Source: Raillietiella orientalis (Eukaryota). From it: DNA of 64,000 nucleotides. The position numbers and the translations under genes are program-made. Positions 37,366 through 50,100 of this stretch are shown here, piece after piece. The stretch is taken from the NCBI GenBank assembly GCA_036172245.1, contig JAYWIR010000079.1, forward strand, positions 248,001-312,000, written 5' to 3'. Numbering within the stretch: the first letter of the stretch is position 1; each line of letters opens with the position of its first letter. The notes under the pieces are model-generated. The model saw only the letters and a program-made list of their open reading frames with translations, had not been told where the DNA came from and did no database searches.

Positions 37366-40300
37366 GATGCGGGCAGTGGTGGAAGGTACAGGAACAGCCT
37401 TCTATTTCTAATGGAAACATCGAGACATCCTCAGAGGTGCGAGAGAATCGTAGATCGGAGAGCAGGCGTCCTCTGCTGCTTCTCACGGGCGAGTTGGAGG
37501 CCGTAGCGGACCGCTGGTACACAACACGGGTCGGCTTGTGGCTTCTTTCTCCACTGTGCACGAACCTGCTCTTCCAGAGTAGGACGAAGGAGGGTCGCTC
37601 ACCTTGAAAGTAGGGAGCTGCGCGCTGCTGGTGCGAGGCAAAAATTCCCTCTTTTGCAGGTGCACCACCGAAGCTGCAATCTGTTTCTGGCTCCAGGACT
37701 TGAGGTTTTTTTTTTTTTTTCGATTTGGAAAGGCAGATCGTGGAAAGGTCTCAGGTGGACCTTAGTCTTAGAGTGAGGCTCGAGGACTGGAGGAAGAGGC
37801 GAGATATTCAGGTGTTGCCGGACGGAGATCGATGGTTTTAGCAAGAATTATCAACTGCTAATTGATACTGATGAAGCAGGGACACGGAATGCGCTTCTCT
37901 CCCTTGAGGAAATTAATTTGATTGATGGAAGAGGAGGAGCTCAAAAACGTCATGATCATATTGACCTAGACCGTCTGATGCGAAATGCAAGAAAGCATCT
38001 GGATACGGTGGGGTCAGAGGCGCAATTTCGTGCATCTTCCCCTTCCTTCCCATCTTTCCTTTATCCACTAAGAGGTTCTGGCAGGCGTCGTCGTCCTGGA
38101 GAACCGTTCCAGGGTGAGCGCGGACGCGACAGTCGCAAATCCCGAACCTATTTGGGGACTCCCATCTCTCTGAGCCTTGACAGTCTCGAAGGGCAAATCA
38201 ATAAGCTGCCTCGATCGATGGGCCAAGGAGACTACTCAGCCTCCTCTTCCCGAGAGGGGGTGAACCACCAGAGTGGACGCGAGGCAGAGAGAACCCAAGA
38301 GGACGTCTGGTCCAAGGAGCCCGACACTTGACGGGCGTCAGATGCCAGCGGAGTCCTTACTGACGGCGAACAGGGGAACGATGGGGGAGCGGACGGTGGC
38401 TGCCGTGCGGCCAAGGCTTGCATCTTCATTCTGGTGTCAATCCTGGACTCATCCTGGCGTCCGTCGTTCCTCAGCGCCGGGTAGCAACAAAAGACAGTCG
38501 GCGCTCCGGACGTCAGAGTCAGCATCCGGGTCGTTGGAGTCCACGCGCGCACCGTCTTTCCTTCTTTCGAAAAGGCGCGATCCTGAGACACGGAGGATTC
38601 ATTTTGTAAGAGAGGGAGAGAGAGGGGGGGAGGAGACCGAGCGAAAAGGATGTCGGGACAACACCCGCGGGGATGAAACGACTTCCAAAAACGCCAGGTC
38701 CACTGACTCTGTGTTGTGAGTCAGTGGGTAGGGGATAGCTGGTGATGCGTTCCGGTTGTTGACGACCAGATCTCTTAGTTGGGGAGGGAGGAGTGCCCCG
38801 TCTGCCTGGCAGTTTTGGCAGGAGCTTGGAAACGCAGATTCGAGGTGGAGGATGTCAACTACTAGACGTGGGAAAGGGAGCGGCGGGGAGGCACCACATG
38901 GTCCCGCTATCGGGGAGCGAGCCTGGAGGGAACTTTTTTTACCTGAAGGAGACTCCGGTACCCTCCAGACTTTCGTTCGCGAGGGTCCCGGAGCTGGCGA
39001 GGCTCCGGCCGGAGGTGGGTGCGGCGTCGCACAGGGAGGGATGCTCCAGCGGCGAGGCGAAGAGCAGGCAGCAGCCAGGGAGAGTTTCCTGGAAGCGGTT
39101 CGAGCTTAGCTGACGGGAGGAGGCGCTCCGAGAGACCATCGCGCCATCCACGCGCGAACGGCGTCTGCTTCGCGGCCGACAGGGGGAGCCCACCTCAGTG
39201 TGTAGGATGCTCCTCGGAGACGCTCCTTCGCTACCTGCCCGCCTGCCACGGAGGCATCCTCAGCAACACTCGATGAAGGCTCCTTGCCCCCACCCCCCCC
39301 TCTATCCCCGACGAGTTCAGGAGAGGTGCATCGGCTCCCTGCAGTATACCGCCGCCTAGGCCTCCGAGGCATCCCTCGGGGGCGTTCGAGCCCGGTTCTC
39401 GACCCAATCATCTCCGGGAGAAATCTGTTGCCGGAGGACGGACAAAAAGCGAGGGGCTACGGCGGGGGACTTCAGGGAGCGGGGTAGATCGGATCGCCTC
39501 GGGGTGGGGCTGGAAATCCCGGCGGATGATCCCGTAGGAAAACACATCCAGGAGGCCTCTGGTAGTGCAAGAGAGGGCTTCCGGCAGATATCTCTCGTGG
39601 CGGCTTTCTTACGACGCAGAGATGGAGGGAGGATGCTGGAAAGATCGAAGGGAGCCAGTAGTTGCGATTTTTTTTGGAAAAAGGAGGGGCAGTCGACGGG
39701 CGAAACAAGGAAAGGGGGGGAAGGGAGTCTGAAGGCAGAAAGGGGAGCGGGACTCGGCAGCATCAAGAAGGACTCTGAAGACTGAGCTTCCAGCCTCCGG
39801 GAGGTTCTAGATGCCAGTCGCGCTCCTGCCTCCCCCACGATTGAGGTGGCGCCTGGAATTCCTGGACGCTTCCGCGGTCCCACGTGGTCTCTCCTCTGCC
39901 AGCGGGAATTTAATCAGAATTTATTCCCAGGGGTTGGCCTTGCACTGCTCGAACTGCCTGGTCCTGGAGAGGTGGTCGCCTCAGGAGGGTAGAGCTTCCC
40001 CTTCCGGGAATCGGCAGGGAAGTTGCCTTGAGGAGCCTCAGCGGGGCGTCCCTGAAGAGAGATGGCCTGCCCCTGCACGAATTCACCTCGTTCCCGGGGG
40101 ATCGGACGGCATCTCGCTCCTCTCCCTTGCGGATGCCGAAATGAGGGGGAAAAAGTCGAATTCCCGGAGTTCCTTCCTTCCCACTAGCGCGAGGGCATTT
40201 GCGGCTCCGGCGCGCGCCGGGTCGACCGCAGCGCAGGTTCCCCCACAAGCAGGGAGGTCCTTTTACCAGGACGTGCGGTCAACAAGCATCTCTGCCACAC

Positions 40301-43300
40301 GGATCCCGCTCGTCGGGTAGGACTGGGATGCCCTTCTTCTGGTGTTGGTTCGTATCCTCGTCGGGCAAGATCGGCTGCATCTTTCGGGGGTGGAGGATCC
40401 CCGTTGGAACTGTGGCAAGAAGAGGAGCACCGGAGGACACCTCCACATCCAGGACCTTGCTCGTGTCAGTCCCGTGATTCTTCCCGTTTCTCCATCCGCC
40501 CCGGGAGTCAGCCCTGGTTGCTATGCAACAGCCTCTCCCACGGTCCCGCGCGCGTGCGCCCGGTGTTCCAGCTCCCGGAAAAGTCCGGCGCCGCTGTCTC
40601 TACGGGGTTGCTTTGGCCGTCACGGTGCCGCTGGGCGAGTGCCCGTCGTCCGCGCTCGAGGATGGGAACCATCGCGCCGACGACGCGAAGAGCTATCTCG
40701 AGAAGGGGGGAGGCTGATCCACTTCCCTCCAAGGCGCTGCCTACGCGGAGGAAACTCCATCCTGTCCGCAGCCAGGCAACCGCGGAGGGAAGACCCATTA
40801 GGTGCATCGCCTCAGGTGGGTTCAGGGTGCTTGGAGACGACGACCGCGACGGGGAGGAGAGGAGAAGGGGGGAGGGGAGGGAGAGATCATCCAGTTCACT
40901 CTTCCCCACCAGAATTTCGTGCGGAGGAACTCCGCCGCCCGGACTACGGAGCTCTCATCCTTTGGACCCTCTCGACTTCCCCTCGCGCGCCGTGGATTCA
41001 GTCTTATCCCCTCTCCTTACTCATCATCCCCACTCCCTGCCCATTCCGAGCGCTGCCTTCCTCCCTAGGTGGCGGGTCGGTGGCGAAGTACCTTGCAGCT
41101 CTTTTCCCGGCGCCGTCCCGGAGCGACGCTCGCGGGCCCGCACGGTAGTCTGAGAGTCAGGTGGACTGACAATCGAGGAGCGACGCGGCCCTCGCTCGGG
41201 ATGAGAGGGAGGGGAGTGGGAAGGAAGATGGAAGACTTCCTCCACTTTCCGGGTTCTCCCCAATGCTGATTCCTTGGAGGGAAGGGAAGTGCGCGCGGTA
41301 GAGCAGAGGAAGAACTCCATCCCAGGGGAATCGAAAGGCCTTGCTCGCTGACCCTGGCAGCCCTGAGCTCCATCGGGCGGTCCTGCACCTCCCTCCCTCC
41401 CTCTCCTGCACAGCGCCCTTATGCGATCGGGGCTTCCCCACCTGCGGCGCGCATGAGAGCAGGGGAAGAGGGGAAGGCGCCGGAAGGGCGCGGCTCCCCT
41501 TTCCTAGATACACCCGGGCAGGAAGGTCGGCGTAGAGTGCTCTCTCGCTCCCTGAGATAACCTTATCGACCCCTCCTCCTTTCCCGACTAAGGAATCTGA
41601 TCGTCAACAGCCGGAACGCATCACCAGCTATCCCCTACCCATGGGTGGAGGGGGCGCACAACTCCGGGAGGAGCGACCGGGTTCCGATCCTAGCGAGGAG
41701 CGTTCTTCCTCCTTTCCCGCGCCCCCGTCTCCCTTCCGGTAGAGGGGAAGGCAGGGTCAGCCGTCGCTCCTTCCCTCGGTTCCTCCTGCTGCCTTCTCGC
41801 CCCGCGCCTGCGCGGGAGGGCGGGAGTACGAAATCTGCGGGCCAATCCCGAAGCACATCGGAGAGGTATTGGCCAATCGGAGGGCGAAGGCAGAGCCTGC
41901 GCGGAGCGAAAGCTCTTCGAACAGGTAGGTTGGAGGGGGAGGAGCGCTTCATTGCGAAAGACGGAGGCGCGCGCGCGAGCGTCCGGGAGTGATGCCGGAG
42001 GGGGAGAGGAGGAAAAGGGCGGGAAGGTTCCGGAGGGACAACCAAGGTGGTTCGCCGGCGTCTTCCTGCTCCTTCGCCCCTGGGACCGCTGCAGGGGGTG
42101 CCTCCTTGGTGGTGGCGACAGCAGAAAACCTTATCCCTCCCGGCCTTCGGGACCGTCCTCGAGCCTTCTCCTCCCCGTTCCCCCTTCTCCGACTAGGGAG
42201 GGAGTGGGGTTGGGGTTGGGGGAGTGCTCCTGCTCGCAGGGAACGAAATGAGGGGAGCAGCAGTAAAGGTGTGGCCGAGCAAAGGGGGAGGATGCCCCTT
42301 CATCCCGGACAACGGGGTGGGAGGGAGAGGGGGAAGCGAAAGGAGAAGAGCGAATTGCACGTTCTCGTGCTCCAGGATGGTAGGGAATGATGCCGCGTCC
42401 CAGACAGGAAGGAGGAGCCGACGGCCAGCGGCGCCTCCTTGAGGAGAGGATCCCGCGGGCGGAAAGGGAGAGAAGGGGAAGAGGGAGGGACGGCGATGGG
42501 GGCAGGAACAAGTCCGGGAGGGGATCTCGGCCTTCTCTGAGAGGGAGGGGAAGGGAGAGAGGACTCCATGAGGAGAGGGGGCGGTGCATCGTCGTCTTGC
42601 CCCTTCCCTTCCCTGGCTCTCCCCTACTTCCGGATCGCTCCCAGGAGCGACAGGACAAAAGGGACGCGATGCTCCCGTCTCACTCTGTTCCTCCCACGAG
42701 GGGACTTGGCCCTCCTACGATAAGAGCACCTCCAGGGAACCCTGGGGAGGGACTGAGTCGTGGGCAGGGAGAAAATACGAGGGTGGAGGACGGAATGCAA
42801 AGGCAAACGCACAGGGAGAAGTGGGGCCATCTCAACTGAGCCCGAGGGGCGCCTCTTCCTGCGGATGAGGGCGACCTGGAGGAGGCGACCCGCCTTCCCG
42901 TTCTTCCCAGAGCCTTCGAGCGCATCTCCAGCTTCCAGAGGCTGCCACCTCGGTGCGCGTCCCCACGACGCGGCCTGAATGAGGGCATGAATTCTCCCCG
43001 CCGGGTTCCATGTGGAGGGGCATATGGACGCTCCTTCTCTCCCTCCAGAAAAAAAACAGGGAGCCCGCGGAAGGGGGGGGGGAAGGGGAGGAAGAGAAGG
43101 GGAAAAACACAAAAACGGGGGAAGAAGGGGACGCGAGGAGGTCCCAAACGCGAGCAGGGTACGGTGAAGAGGGGAGAAGGGAAGGGGGAAGGTTTACCTG
43201 ACCCTTGGTCGGGGAGATCCTTGGAACGGCTGCTGCTGTCGCTCGCTTTCCTCTTTCGCCACAAGGGCTATGCTGGGTCCAGCTTGTTCCGTAGGGGGTT

Positions 43301-44557
43301 AAAGAAATGAGAGAAGGGAAGGGAGAGGGGATGGCTGGGAGCGTGGATTCCTTGAGAAGGAAGCGTCCCTGAAGTTTTCTCCCTGGAGACGGCGGGGGAA
43401 AGGGAATTCCCTGAGATTCCTCCGCATCCAGGATGAAGGCAGCCTAGGGCGCGAGAGCATCCGTGCTGCCTCCTCGCCCAGACTTCCCGGGGAGCGACGG
43501 CAGCGCCACGGGGAGAAGGGAAAATGGCTTTTCCCCTGCCCCCCTCCCTCCTCCCTTTTCGTGCAGTTCGTTCCCTAGGGAGAGGGACTGAGCTATCGTT
43601 CCCTGCCCTGCTCACGCGACTGGGGAAGCGGCAATCAGCCTGAGAGCCCCTGGAGCTCGAGGTCCTCCATGCCGGAGGGAGGTCGCACCAGCCGTCCTGC
43701 GGGGATTTCTGCCGGGAGAAGACTTCCCGGCATCCGAATCCCTTCCTGCGTACCTCTGTGGATCTCCATCCGGTCCTGGGAGGCGAAGAGTCAGGAGGGG
43801 AGCAGGAGGGCGATCTCTGCTCCCTAAAAGCGTTCTTACTGGCTCGCACCCTGCTACCCGCAGTCTATCCGGGACGCACCGCTCCTCTTTTCCGGTCCTG
43901 GGATGTCGGCTGCGGGAGCTACGGGGGGAGGGGGGAAGCCTGGTAGAACTTGCAAGGGCGGGAAATCTCAACGAGTCCAGGTCCTGTCTCCGCGGACGGA
44001 GCTCCTGGAGACGTCCTGGAGGCGGCAAAAGGGTGAGGAGCTGGAAGGGGCGATGCTGGGTGTGAGTGGGAGAAGTCGTGCAGGGGACATCCCTCTCGTG
44101 GACGGAGGGCGGGACCCAAAGGACTCCCGAGACTCAATAGGAGCCCAGTATGGTCAATAGGAGGAGGCAGGGGAAGGAGGAAGATTTCCTACGAAAGAAG
44201 ACCAAGGGCTGCAGATGCCAATCCAGCAGCAATTTCTTCTTCTTTCCTCCCCTCAGCGGTTTGGCTTTTTTTTTTTTCTTTTCTTTTTTTTCTTTTTTCT
44301 AGCCGCTTCCTTTTGTTTTGCTTTTTGTTTTTTTTTTCGGGGTCGAGAGAAGAGAGAGGATCTGTCTGCCTCCTGTCATTTGTTTTTTGGGGCAGCTTTG
44401 ATCCCGAAATCTCCATTTCCAGCTTCCTGTTTCCTCCTCTGGCCGCGCTCTTTGAAGAGCAGATCCGAGCCGCCCCGCACGAGAGAGAAAGGCTGGTGTT
44501 TTTAGAGGACCGCGTGAGGATCAGCCGTTCTTTGAAGCGCGGGCGCCTCGGACGGAG

Positions 44558-44666
44558 AGCCGCCGCTGCTGCGTTTTGTTCGGCGGAGGGGTCTCCATGG
44601 AACCCACGCCAACCGCATCAAAGGAGGGGAAGGAGAGATGCGCCCTTCGGTTCGAGGGCAGGCAGA
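44558..44666. repeat. 109-bp dispersed direct repeat, copy 1
   Basis: Ungapped 97/109 identity to 46112-46220. Confidence 0.85.
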
Positions 44667-46111
44667 GCTCCCCCCCCCTTCTCCCCTATCCAGCGGCTCC
44701 CTCTTTGCGGGCTGCCGGAATCCCCGTCGGAAAAGGGATTTTTTGCTTCCCGCGATCGGGAAGCGAACCCTACTTACGGACCGACCAGTGTTGCCGCTTC
44801 CCACTGAGGCGGAGGCACCGGAAGACTCCCTCCCGATCCAGAGGCAAGGCTGCGGGTACCTCCTCATTTCCTCACGCCTCGCGCCTTTCGAGCTGCCGGG
44901 TCCCGCCGAGGGACACGAGGACAAAGCCCAGGAAGAGGTTTCGGGCGAGGTGGAGGAAGGTCCACCGGGAGACATCCCCTGGAATTCCTCTTCGTGCAGG
45001 ATCACTTCCTGCGCTCACCCGTCGCCCTCCTATGCAAAAGCAACGCTCGTCAAGACGAGCCCCCAGGACCACCTGACCAGAGGGGTTGTGTGCATGCAGC
45101 ACCCTTCCACCTTCTGCGTCTCTCCCCCTGGCCAAAGATGCAACCGACTCTTCTGACCTCATCCACACTAATGCCGAGGAGCATCACGGATCTCCATGAG
45201 AGAGAACGCCCTTTCTTCCGGACATGAGGATTTCGGATTTCGCCCGCCTGCCAGAAGGGGCGATGCGAATGCGACCTTTTCTGTTTGTTTGTTTGTCTCT
45301 CCTATACTTTTGTGAGCGTGTGTGTAATGTTTGTGTTTCTTTCCGTCTCCAGGGACACTTGCGAAAGTTGTTCCGGGTCGCCGCTCGCGATCGGTTGTGC
45401 GGAGACTCCCTGAAATCTTGAGCTGCGAGGCTCGAAAAAGAGCCCTAGCGACACGAATGATTCCCGAGCTCAGAGAGCGAGGTGCTGACAGGAGTTTTCT
45501 CTGGAAAGGCGATAGCGGGATGATGAGCGCTGATCTTCGGCGCTGATCCAGGGTTTCTGGCCCGAGGACAGCAGGCAAACAACCCGAGCCGAGCATCGAA
45601 TCGTCCTCAAGTTGGGCTCGTGCACCGAGACCATGCAGCCAATCAAAAGGTTCGCGCAACAATGCATCAAATGAAGCTGGAACAATCAAATTTTCTTGAT
45701 TGTTGTCGCAATAGATGATTGTTGTACATCCCCTTTGCCGGCGCTATTCCAGGAGTTAGCTGCACAACTTGCCGCGCCCTGAGAGCGACCAGGTTCCGAC
45801 CTAATTTCGCCCGTGGGCGTTCCTGAGACTGCGCGCTCAGATATTGATCTCTCCATGGGAGGAGCGTTCCGTTCGTTCAACGGGAAAGCTGAGGCTGGCA
45901 GAAGGCTGCTCGCAGCTCCTTATCAAAGCGGCACTAGAGAGCGGCCTAGTGAAGAAGACTCCCGAGGGCATTTGGGGGGTGGCCGACGAGCGTCCGTCAC
46001 TCGCCTTCCGCAGAAGAGTAGGACCCTCTTGGACTGTAAGGGGCGGGGTGTTTTTTTGCTACTTCCCGAATTCGGAAAACGACCTCCGAGCCCTTGGGCG
46101 CTCGGGCAGAA

Positions 46112-46220
46112 AGCCGCCGCTGTTGCGTCTTGCTCGGTGGAGGGGCTTCCATGGAACCCACGCCAACCGTATCAAAGGAGAGGAAGAAGAAATATGCCCT
46201 TCGGTTCGAGGGCAGGCAGA
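46112..46220. repeat. 109-bp dispersed direct repeat, copy 2
   Basis: Ungapped 97/109 identity to 44558-44666. Confidence 0.85.
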
Positions 46221-47077
46221 ACGCTTCTCCCGTCCGGCTGCTCCCAGATGGTTTCTCACGCGACAGGTAAGGAGCGGTCAATGGCGGAAAACAGGACGAG
46301 GAGGGAGGAGGGAAGTGATATGGAAGTAGCTTCAGGGACGGTGGTGTTGAAGGAGGGTGCACCAAGGAAGGGCACTACTCAAAGAAGCTTCCCGGTCTGG
46401 ACCACAGGAGCTGCTGCCTACTTCACTGCCATGGAGATCGCATCGCGCGCGCGCAGAAAAGCTAAGTCGGGGAAGACAGGAGAGTGGGATAACACCAGAA
46501 CGAAGAGAAAAGGGAAAATCAGAAACGCCTCCCCATCCGTCAAGGGACGAGATCAGAGACAGCACATCCCATTTAACAAAGTTCGGCCTTGACACCCCCG
46601 CCGGAAGCGGGGGCAGTAAAGGCGTTCATGATCGCACTGAACACCCGTCATTGTAACGCTAGCATTCCTGCAGATGGGATCAGATTTGGCCGAGCCTGCG
46701 GAAGGCGCCGTGCCAACTGGGCATGGCCCAAACTTCCCATCGGGCAGCAAGTAAAGGGTCAAAGTTCATGGGTCCTTTGATCACCGAGTGTCTTCCTCTT
46801 CCTCGCCCTTTCCGACGCTGCCTCTCTGCCTGACCCCCTTGGCCTGTTTCTTCCGCCTCGACTTGGGAGTGGTCTGTCGAGCCTCTCAGAACTCTGGTGG
46901 GCTGGAGAACTCTGGAGAGAGAGGTTCGGAAGGTTGCAAGCCTCATCCGCGCCTGGCTCTCCAGCAACAGGAAGGAGGCGCTTTTCCTTCGACTCCAGCC
47001 AGTTCAGAGATGGAGTCCTCAATCCTTTCCCCAAAAGAATGGCTCTTGGAACTTGACACCTTTCTTCCAAAGAACTG

Positions 47078-47083
47078 TTTATT
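47078..47083 (-). promoter_or_regulatory. Candidate Phox2 polyadenylation signal
   Basis: AATAAA on the minus strand about 105 nt downstream of the Phox2 stop, in otherwise GC-rich DNA. Confidence 0.45.
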
Positions 47084-47187
47084 GAGGGCCTTTCCATCCA
47101 CCTGTTGGATCTTTCCCTTCCCTCCCTCCCCTCTCCATCCTTTTTTTTTTTGTTTCTCTTTTGTGTTTAGCACAGCGGAAGCGCCGC

Positions 47188-50100
47188 CTAGAACAGCTGC
47201 GAGTGCAAGACGGGTTTCGTATCGGTAGCCATGGAAACGTAAGGAGGTGCGGCCTGAGCCGTCAGAAACGAGGGAAACGGACCGCTGTGCAGAGACGGTG
47301 AGCTGTGGGACAGGGTGTAGCCTTGGTTACTTAGCAGAGACGACGTGATGGAGGGCAGAGTCAGACCCGTCGCGCCCTGTCCAAGGAAAGACGAAGGGCT
47401 GGACCACCTGGGGACATCGTACTCCACCTTCGTCTTCGAGGGAGCTGGAAAGCACAGACACAAGGAAGGAAAGACGGAGGAAGGGAGAGTTGCCCTCAAG
47501 AACAGCGCCCGTGCCCGCGCACCCGCCGTCCTCTTTCCACTTTTCGGTTTCGGAGGTCGTCTGTCCGCAGTCTCTCGGAGCCAAAAAAAAGAGCCGGGAA
47601 GGAAGGGGAGCGTGGGGAAGGAAGCACTCAAACAATTTGCCACCACTGCTGTCGCACCTCCCCCTACTCTCCCGTTTCTCAAAGCCGCTCGCATCTTTCC
47701 CTCCCCCTTCCCTCTCAGCTTCCTCGTTTCGGTCAGCGGGCTGCGGAGGACTCCCGTCAGAATGCAAAGGTCGCGGCAGCGAGCGCTTGGAAAGCGGACG
47801 CGGCCTTTCGGCTCCTTCATGAGCGCTCGGGAGAGCGGGTGGGAATTCTTCCTCTTCCTCCTCCTCCTCCTCTCCGCTGCTGCTGCCACTACTGCCGCCC
47901 TTGGGCGTCCTCCCGACAGAGGAGGGGGAGCCTCCCGCCTCTCTCCTCACCCCCTGGATCCTCATCCCCTGGATCGCCCGGTGGAATTCGTCGCCGCAGC
48001 TCCTGGGAACGAGGAAGGATGCCATTGGTGGAGCGGGAAGGGGGAGGAGGAGCCAGGGAGAGAGCGGAAGAGCTGCCCGGGAGCACTCATTCGCCCCGTG
48101 GCTGCGGTGCAAGAGCGCCCGAATAGATGGAAGGAGGAGACTTTCCTTGGAAGCGAAAATGACCCTTTTCCCCCTCCCTGCCTCGGAAACCGATACGCAC
48201 GCATGCGCCTTCCGAAGTTCTTCCTCTGCGAGTCGCAGGCCACACCATGAAGGGCGGAGGGGGGGAGGAGGGGGAAACAGGTGACGAAGACGCGCGCGCG
48301 CGCACGCGGCGCTTCATCGTGGCGTGTTGTACCTGCAGACGCCAGCGTCTTGCCTTCTGACGCCGCTTTGGCGCTGCCGCCCTTGGAGACCATCTGCTTG
48401 GCAGGCTCCGCCTTTCCGGTTCCGGAACGGGAAGCCGGCGCTTGTGAAGTGGGCGCCTGAGTCATCAGCATGGCGCCGTTGGTTCCCTGGCCGTCCGGGT
48501 TGCTGGCGCCCGACGACAAGGAGGAGGAGGAGGAGGTGGAGGGAGCGTCCGTCTGCTTCTGGGACTTCTGCTGACTGAGCCTCTCCTGCTTGCGGAACTT
48601 GGCGCGCCGGTTTTGGAACCACACCTTCGGGAGCAGAACATGGGGAGAGGAGGGGTGGGTGCGGAAGGGAAATCTGGGGAGAGGGAGGGAGGTGCCCTCA
48701 TATCTCTCCTTTACTCGCCTCCACTGAAAGGGTCCCTTGCTCTTCCTAAAACGCCCGAGGATAGGGGGAGGGGGGAGCGCACGCGGGAATCCCGCCCTGC
48801 GCGACCTCCCTTTCCCTCCCGCTTACTTCCCGCGGCTCATCCCGCGTGTTTGCACAGCTCCCCTCCTCCCGGCCTGGGGAAATCCCGGCTCCTTGAATCG
48901 GTCCCGCCTGCGCCCGTTGTTACTCCCCCCCCCCCTTCCTTCCTCGAGCGCGCCTTACGGGTCCCTCTCATCCCTCGTCCTTTGTTTCTCTGGACGGGCC
49001 AGGAAGGAGTCCTTCCGGTCGCACTAGCAGGTGGTGCGAAGCTTTCGGTATGAAGCGGGCGCACGCAGTCGAGGGAAGCTGCCCTCCCTCCTCCCCCTCC
49101 TCTCCGAAGTGGGGTCCCGCTGAGCGACACGTGCGGCAACCGCCCTTTCCGAGCCACTGCACCTGCTCTCGGGACAGACGTCCCTCGCGGTCCCGACCGC
49201 GGCGCTTCCAGGGCAACAGCGGTTCCGCGGAGATCCTTCTATAGGATCTGCCGGCTTCCGACCGGAGCAGGAAGGGGAAAGGGAGGGGGTGAAAGAGGTA
49301 GGATCTTGGTGTGTTTGTCCGGGAACGCTGCAGGAGGAGACGCTGGGCACTGCTCAGCAGGAAGCATCTGAGACTCGCGGTCTCCAGAAGAAGATCCGAC
49401 GAGACGGGAGCCGGGAAGCGGGCGCTCGAGGGTCTACTCCGGAGGGGAGCAGGTCTGGAGGGCACACGGAAAAGCGCACGATCCTTCCCGGTCCGCGCCT
49501 CTAGTTCCCTGGTGGCGCGGTTCACGGCTTCGTCCTGCCCTCTTCCCCAGTTTCCCCGAGCTAACGGTCGACCCTTTCGCTCTTGCAGAAGTGCAAGAGG
49601 GGCGGAGAAGCAGCAAATTTCCTAACTCACGCGTCAAGATGGGCGCTCCCTTTCATGAGGATCTCCGATCCCGAACCTCGGAGCCCTTCCGCTCTGAGGA
49701 TCGCCAGGTTCTTCTTGGGACTTGTTCCCTTGGAAACGGACCGCTCATCGCCACGCGGGTGCACTGGATGGGGTCGGTCGGGAATATGATCGTGACCACA
49801 TTTTTCCCTTCCCCTCTGAGAAATTCAGGAATGGAAACAGGAGGGAGGGAGACAGCAGTAAGCCGACAAGAACAGGTAGATCAACTAAGCAGCAGCAGCG
49901 GCAGCAGGGATGGTGGTCACGCAACCAGCGATAATAGGAGGAAGGATGGACTCGAGAGGCTATTCATCAGGGTGGAGAGGAGCCTTTCAGGACGTGCTTC
50001 CCATTCGCCCCACAGTGCAAGATCGTCAGCAGCCGTCCTTTCGTTCTGGTTCCTCCGTCATGGTGGGAAGGCGAACGGCTGCCCATCTTCGGTTTCGCGA

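Noticed and set aside
38200..47100. Dense ORF track between ALKBH8 and Phox2
   Set aside because: Low-complexity GC/purine-rich sequence with no protein-family signature.
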